The notes under the pieces are model-generated. The model had not been told where the DNA came from. It saw only the letters and a list, made by a program, of their open reading frames with translations, and ran no database searches. Position numbers and translations under genes: made by a program. A stretch of DNA of 64,000 bases from an uncultured Actinomycetota bacterium (GTDB taxonomy: Bacteria; Actinomycetota; Actinomycetes; JAHEKZ01): positions 640,001 to 704,000 of the forward strand of contig CAWHIJ010000003.1 in assembly GCA_963829525.1 (NCBI GenBank). Reading direction: 5' to 3'. Position 1 is the first letter of the stretch; each line of letters begins with the position of its first letter. Positions 58,406-64,000 of the stretch are shown here, one piece after another.

Positions 58406-60255
58406 CCATCGCCATTGCCATGGTGCTGATTCCTGGCCTGGCCGCCCTGCTGGGTCTGGTGCTTGGGGGAATGTCTCGTGCTGTCGCAGCAGCGATTGCA
58501 GTCGTCGGCCCGGCGACGGCTCTTGGCCTTGCGGTCTACCTGGCGGTGCAAGAGCCGTGGGTGGAGCCGCTGGTCGGGACCGGCTTTGGCGAGGGCACCT
58601 TGCCCATAGGGGCAACCGTTGTCGACGGACTTGCCAGCACGGTCGCGCTGATGGTCTGCGTCGTTTCGTTGCTGGTGCAGGTCTACTCCATCAGTTACAT
58701 GCGTGAAGAGCCGAGGTACGCCAGCTATGCCGCCTTCATCTCGCTCTTCACCGCGGCGATGTTGGCCGTCGTTGTCGCCGGTGACCTGCTGCTGCTGGTC
58801 ATCGGCTGGGAGGTCATGGGTCTCTGCTCCTACCTTCTGATCGGACAGCACTGGGAGCACGAAGAGGCCAGGCGTGCTGCGGTCAAGGCGTTCCTTGTGA
58901 CCAAGGTCGGTGACGTTGGATTCATCATCGGCATCGTCGTCCTGATTGGAGCAACAGCGACAACCCTGCTGCCGGGAGCGGTCCAGGCCGCTGCTGCCGA
59001 CCCCACCGCTGCAGCGGTTGCATCCGAGTCTGATCTTGCTCGGCGTGCTGGGTAAGTCGGCGCAGTTCCCGCTACATGCCTGGCTCCCGGATGCCATGGC
59101 CGGTCCTTCGCCGGTGAGTGCGCTCATCCACGCGGCGACCATGGTGGCGGCCGGCGTCTACGTCGTTGCCCGGATGTACCCGATGTACCTGGCGTCACCT
59201 GCAGTTCTGACGACGATGGCGGTGATCGCCTGCATCACAATGCTCGGTGCTGCGGTGATCGCCTTAGCCCAGGACGACCTGAAGCGGGTCTTGGCGTGGT
59301 CCACGGTCAGCCAGCTTGCCTACATGGTGGCGGCGCTGGCCCTGGGCGCAAGGGATGCGGCAATCTTCCACATGCTCTCGCACGCCTTCTTCAAGGCGCT
59401 GCTCTTCCTTGCCGCGGGAGCGGTGATCCATGCCGTCGGCAGCGGCGCGCTGCGTGACTTGGGCGGGCTTCGTCGACTCGATGCCGGTCACCTTCGTCAC
59501 GATGACGATCGGCCTGCTGGCACTGGTCGGGGTCTTCCCGCTTGCGGGGTTCTTCAGCAAGGAGTCTGTGCTTGTTGCTGCCGAACACGCGGCACACGGT
59601 GAGGCCCAGGTCGCTCCGTGGGTTGGTTGGACCGTTCTGGTGGTGGCCATCATCACCATCGCTGTGACTGCCGCATATGCACTACGACTGTGGTTGCTGA
59701 CCTGGTCCGGTCCACAGCGGGGCGCCCGAGCCGGGGTCTCCGAGGCGTCTGCAGCGATGTACGTGCCACTGGTGCTGCTCGCCGTTCCAGCCGTCGTCTT
59801 CGGCTTCAGCGCCCTCAACGTGGCCTGGCTTCCGACATGGATTCAGGCCAACGCGCACAGAGCCGCTCGGGACGACTGAGGCCCTGACGCCTGAGACCGC
59901 GACCATCGTTCTGTCGCTGGTCGCGGTTGCCGCCGGCGCCGGAGCTGTCCTGATCTCCTTGAACCGCGAGATGCTGGGACGTGGACGCTTCGGTTCCTTC
60001 GTGGCCGGAGGGCTCGGCGTTGATGTGGTCTACGAGGTGCTGGTAGTCCGCCCATTCCTCGTCATCGTCGGCTGGGTAACCGCCTTCGATCGACTGGCTA
60101 TCGGGCGTTCGGTCTCGGGGGTCGCCGTGGGGACGTTGAAGGCCGGCTCGCTGCTGCAACGCCCGTATCGCGGGGATGTTCAGCGCTACGTCTCCACCGC
60201 GGTCACAGCCGTCGTTGTCGCTGTCGTCGTCATGCTGGTGGCGGTGTCCACATGA
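58402..60255 (+). pseudogene. nuoL: Complex-I-like subunit L (second copy), interrupted by three +1 frameshifts (sequencing error or true pseudogene)
   Basis: NuoL motifs across four segments: GWEVMG; [16 protein letters not shown]; GFFSKE; GDVQRY; shifts near 59026, 59477, 59856. Confidence 0.75.
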
Positions 60256-61760
60256 CCTCGTCATGGTTGCTGCCTGCACTTCTGCTCGTCCCCCTTCTGG
60301 GTGCCCTGGTGATGTTGCTTGCCGGACGAGGCGCTGAACGTTGGGCTACGTGGTTCGGAGTGGGAGTGCAGTCGTTAGGCCTTCTATTGACGCTCGTTGT
60401 CCTGTCGCAGTTCAGTCAGACAGAGTCCGGCGGCATCCAGATGGTCGTCGAGGCAGATTGGATCCCCGAGCTTCTCGTCAGCTTCCGTATCGGCGTCGAC
60501 GGCATCTCAGTGCCGCTGGTGGCCCTCACATCACTGCTGGGCTGGTGTGCGGCGGTCTACACGGTGCGACGGGTCCCGGAACCGGGGCGCGCTCGCGCCT
60601 TCGTCGGCCTGCTCCTGCTGCTGCAGGTTGGGATGCTCGGCACCTTCATGGCGCTCGACCTCATCCTCTTCTTCCTCTTCTTCGAGGTGGTGCTGGCGCC
60701 CATGTGGTTCCTCATCGCATTCTGGGGAAGCGGCCAGCGACGTCGCTCGGCCAATACCTTCATCCTCTACACGGTGCTCGGCTCGGTAGTCATGCTGCTG
60801 GGATTCCTGGTTGTCATCGTCGATACCGGGTCAGCCGACATGGTGGTTCTCGCGAATGGGCTGGGCGCGCAGATGTCGACGGGCACGCAGTTAACCGCTG
60901 CCCTGTTGATCCTGGGAGGTCTTGCCGTCAAGACTCCGATGTGGCCACTGCACACCTGGCTTCCGGACGCTCACACCGCTGCACCAACGGTTGGCTCGGT
61001 GCTTCTGGCAGGGGTTTTGCTGAAGATGGGTACCTACGGGATGGTGCGTATCGTCGTACCGACCCTCCCAGACGCCATGGTGAGCATCGCTCCCTACCTA
61101 GCGGCGTTCGCTGTCGTTGGCATCCTCTACGGAGCCATGGCCAGCTATGGGCAAGACGACCTGAAGCGCGTCATTGCGTTCTCATCGGTGGGTCACATGG
61201 GCTTCGTACTCCTTGGCATCTCGACTCTTTCTGTCGTCGGCATCAACGCTGCTCTCTTCGGCAACATCGCCCATGGGCTCATCACGGGCCTGCTCTTCTT
61301 CGTGGTTGGGGGCATCAAGCAGCGCACGGGCAGCACCGCCTTTGCTGAGCTTCCCCGGGGTCTTTATGCCTCGGCACCCCGACTGGGATTTCTCTTGGGC
61401 TTTGCGGCGGTAGCCAGCCTCGGAATGCCAGGCCTTGCTGGTTTCTGGGGCGAGTTCCTCGCACTCGTTGGCGCATATCACCCGCTCGTGCCGAGTCGGT
61501 TCTTCTACCGAGCCATGCTCGTCTTGGCTGCTATCGGCATGGTGTTGGCCGCTGCGTACTTCCTCAAGGTGCTGAGGCGTGTGGGTCAGGGTCCGGCGCC
61601 CGAGGCGCAGCTGGCCGATGTTGCCACTGATGAGTGGCTGTCCTGGACTCCGCTGGTTTCTCTCGTCGTAGTCCTTGGTGTTGCGCCCTTCCTGCTCCTC
61701 CGGGTCACCGAACCGGCAGTTCGGATGGTCGTGGAGTCAGTGGCTGGGACTCTGCCATGA
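60252..61760 (+). CDS. nuoM: Complex-I-like subunit M (second copy)
   Basis: KTPMWPLHTWLPDAH, LLKMG.YG, AFSSVGHMG. Confidence 0.92.
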   Translation: MTSSWLLPALLLVPLLGALVMLLAGRGAERWATWFGVGVQSLGLLLTLVVLSQFSQTESGGIQMVVEADWIPELLVSFRIGVDGISVPLVALTSLLGWCAAVYTVRRVPEPGRARAFVGLLLLLQVGMLGTFMALDLILFFLFFEVVLAPMWFLIAFWGSGQRRRSANTFILYTVLGSVVMLLGFLVVIVDTGSADMVVLANGLGAQMSTGTQLTAALLILGGLAVKTPMWPLHTWLPDAHTAAPTVGSVLLAGVLLKMGTYGMVRIVVPTLPDAMVSIAPYLAAFAVVGILYGAMASYGQDDLKRVIAFSSVGHMGFVLLGISTLSVVGINAALFGNIAHGLITGLLFFVVGGIKQRTGSTAFAELPRGLYASAPRLGFLLGFAAVASLGMPGLAGFWGEFLALVGAYHPLVPSRFFYRAMLVLAAIGMVLAAAYFLKVLRRVGQGPAPEAQLADVATDEWLSWTPLVSLVVVLGVAPFLLLRVTEPAVRMVVESVAGTLP

Positions 61761-63220
61761 CCATCCAGTCGATCGACCTGCTGACACTGTCCCCAACTCT
61801 TGTCGTGGCGTTCGGCGCGCTTCTGGCTCTGGTGGCCGAGCTGGTCACCGGGCGGGGGCAGGTCGCCATTGGTGTCGGCCTGGGCGCGTTGGTGGCGGCA
61901 ACTCCTCTCGCGGTCTTGGCGAGCGGACAGCAGACTCTGTGCAACGGGGTTGACGCATCCTGCGCCTATGTGGTCTCCCCACTGGCAGTCGCGTTGCAGT
62001 TGATCGTGTTGACGAGCACCGCTGTGGTGCTGCTGATGGCATCGGCGGACGTCGCCGCCCACACCGTTCCGGGAGGTGAGTTCACCTTCCTCATTCTCTG
62101 CTCGGCGTCCGGTGCGGTTCTCGTTCCCGCGACCAACGACCTGGTGACCTTGATCGTGGCCCTCGAGGTGGTGTCCTTGCCCACGTTCGCGCTCGTGGCG
62201 CTTCGTCGGGGCGAACCGCGTGCCGCCGAGGCTGCACTGAAGGCGTTCATCTATTCAATCGTCTCGGTTGCCGTGTCGCTCTACGGCATCTCGTTGCTGT
62301 ATGGAACCACGGGCGCGGTCGCGTTCGACCAGCTTGCCGCTGTTGCAACGCTGACCGAGCCCACTCCACTTGGTACCGCGGGTCTGGTCATGGTGCTGGC
62401 TGTCATCGGCTTCAAGGTTGCCGCGGTTCCCTTCCACGCCTGGGCGCCAGATACCTATCAGGGTGCGACAGTTCCTGTGGCCGCCTACCTTTCGGTGGTC
62501 TCCAAGGCTGCAGGGTTCGGTGCGCTTCTCCTGGTGACGTGGACCTTTGCAGGGTGGAGCGAGATCTGGGCTCCGGTCATTGCCGTGCTGGCTGGCCTCA
62601 CGATGCTCGTCGGCAATGTGGTGGCCCTGAAGCAGCGGCACGCGGTGAGGCTGTTGGCATGGTCGTCCATTGCGCAGGCGGGCTACATATTGGTGCCGCT
62701 CGCGGCAGTATCCGGATCGGTGGTCTGGGGACCCGGGGTGACCGGCGCCGTCATCGGCTACCTGGTCGCCTATGCGGCGATGAATCTTGGCGCCTTCGGT
62801 GTCGTTGCCATTGTCGCGAGACGCACCGGCGCCGCGTCGCTTGCCGACTACCGGGGGCTGGTGCGGCGTAGCCCCTGGCTGGCGGTTGCCCTCGCCTTCT
62901 TCCTCGCGAGCCTCGCCGGTCTGCCACCGGGGTTGATCGGCCTGTTGGTGAAGGTTCGGGTGCTGCTCGTTCCGGTTGACGCCGGAGTGTGGTGGCTAGC
63001 GGCTGTCATGGCAGTTGCCACGGTGATCGGCCTGGCCTACTACCTGGCGTGGGCCGCACTCCTCTTCCGGCGGTTGGACACCGCTGATGACGGAGGACCG
63101 CCCGAGCAACTGGTCAACGGGTCATGGACCTCGACCGTCGCCGTAGCCGTTTGCCTAGCCCTGACCCTGGCCTTCTCGTTGGCTCCTTCGCTGGCCCTCG
63201 GCCTGGTCGACCGGCTCTGA
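61757..63220 (+). CDS. nuoN: Complex-I-like subunit N (second copy)
   Basis: EAALK, FKVAAVPFHAWAPDTYQGA, RLLAWSS. Confidence 0.9.
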   Translation: MTIQSIDLLTLSPTLVVAFGALLALVAELVTGRGQVAIGVGLGALVAATPLAVLASGQQTLCNGVDASCAYVVSPLAVALQLIVLTSTAVVLLMASADVAAHTVPGGEFTFLILCSASGAVLVPATNDLVTLIVALEVVSLPTFALVALRRGEPRAAEAALKAFIYSIVSVAVSLYGISLLYGTTGAVAFDQLAAVATLTEPTPLGTAGLVMVLAVIGFKVAAVPFHAWAPDTYQGATVPVAAYLSVVSKAAGFGALLLVTWTFAGWSEIWAPVIAVLAGLTMLVGNVVALKQRHAVRLLAWSSIAQAGYILVPLAAVSGSVVWGPGVTGAVIGYLVAYAAMNLGAFGVVAIVARRTGAASLADYRGLVRRSPWLAVALAFFLASLAGLPPGLIGLLVKVRVLLVPVDAGVWWLAAVMAVATVIGLAYYLAWAALLFRRLDTADDGGPPEQLVNGSWTSTVAVAVCLALTLAFSLAPSLALGLVDRL

Positions 63221-63263
63221 TGTCCACAGGTGTTTCTCAGCCGCAGATGGTAGAAGTGGTTTC

Positions 63264-64000
63264 ATGAACCGCTACGTCAACGGAGTCAAGACCGCCTTCC
63301 TCCTCGCGCTGATGGCCGCGGTCATCATGCTGATCGGCCTCTGGCTGGGGGGCACTCAGGGTCTGGTCATCGCCTTTGTGATCGCGCTGGGGATGAATGC
63401 CTTCTCGTACTGGAACAGCGGCTCTCTTGCAATTCGCGCGATGAAGGCCCGTCCGGTTACCGAGGCTGAGCAGCCGACGATGTACCGGATCGTGCAGAAC
63501 CTCGCCATGCAGCAGGGTGAGCCGATGCCCCAGCTCTACGTGTCGCCGACGATGGCGCCCAATGCGTTTGCCACGGGCCGCAACCCACAGAACGCCAAGG
63601 TTTGTTGCACCGAAGGCATCCTGCAACTGCTCGACGAGCGCGAGCTGCGGGGGGTCTTGGCCCACGAGCTCGCCCACGTCTACAACCGAGACATACTGAT
63701 CGCATCAGTAGCCGCCACCATGGCCTCGGTGATCATGTTCATCGCGCAGTTCGCCTGGTTGCTTCCGATCGGGGGCGACCGCGAGCGAGGGAACATCTTC
63801 GGCTCCCTGGCCCTGATGATTCTCGGGCCGATTGCTGCGTCGCTGATCCAGTTCGCCATCAGCAGGTCGCGTGAGTACCAAGCCGACCAGTCGGGGGCGG
63901 AGTACACCGGAGATCCCATGGCGCTGGCCTCTGCGCTTCGCAAGCTCGAGCAAGGAACCCAGGCAGCGCCGCTGCGGCCCGAGCCAGAGCTGGAGACGGC
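63264..64000 (+). CDS. htpX: Zinc metalloprotease HtpX (3' end outside window)
   Basis: Manual translation from ATG 63264: MNRYVNGVKT..., PNAFATGRNP, HELAH, SRSREYQAD. Confidence 0.93.
   Translation, partial: MNRYVNGVKTAFLLALMAAVIMLIGLWLGGTQGLVIAFVIALGMNAFSYWNSGSLAIRAMKARPVTEAEQPTMYRIVQNLAMQQGEPMPQLYVSPTMAPNAFATGRNPQNAKVCCTEGILQLLDERELRGVLAHELAHVYNRDILIASVAATMASVIMFIAQFAWLLPIGGDRERGNIFGSLALMILGPIAASLIQFAISRSREYQADQSGAEYTGDPMALASALRKLEQGTQAAPLRPEPELET

Noticed and set aside
39361-59860. Programmed ribosomal frameshifting in nuo genes
   Set aside because: No shared slippery sequence at the five sites and no precedent known to me; sequencing error is simpler.
54537-63220. Group 4 hydrogenase or Mrp antiporter
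   Set aside because: No NiFe large subunit or maturation genes; the B subunit has the tandem CC of complex I, and A/H/I/J/K are present.

Overview
High-GC actinobacterial DNA dominated by respiration genes. In order: a menaquinone cluster (menA, E, B, C, D); a ~21 kb block between menD and menF; menF, menG, menJ; a 14-gene complex I operon (nuoA-N); a polyprenyl synthase; two accessory genes (Asp-box lipoprotein, superinfection-immunity protein); rarD; a 2-oxoacid:ferredoxin oxidoreductase pair divergent from a second complex-I-like operon lacking D/E/F/G; and htpX. The 21 kb block encodes a candidate cobalamin-dependent choline/glycine-betaine demethylation route: ABC uptake, BetA/BetB, a non-pyrrolysine MttB-family methyltransferase, a corrinoid protein, a MetV-like Cys-rich protein, a pterin-binding methyltransferase, a GcvT-family flavoprotein with ETF, and IclR/GntR regulators. 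Most notable observations: that pathway; an apparently circularly permuted, Tat-signal-bearing flavin amine oxidase; strong TTG/keto skew in the corrinoid gene; a near-consensus Rex operator before menJ; and five +1 frameshifts in nuo genes, probably sequencing errors. No rRNA, tRNA, CRISPR array, transposase or integrase was recognised. All calls come from motif reading by eye; no searches were run, and novelty is unverified.
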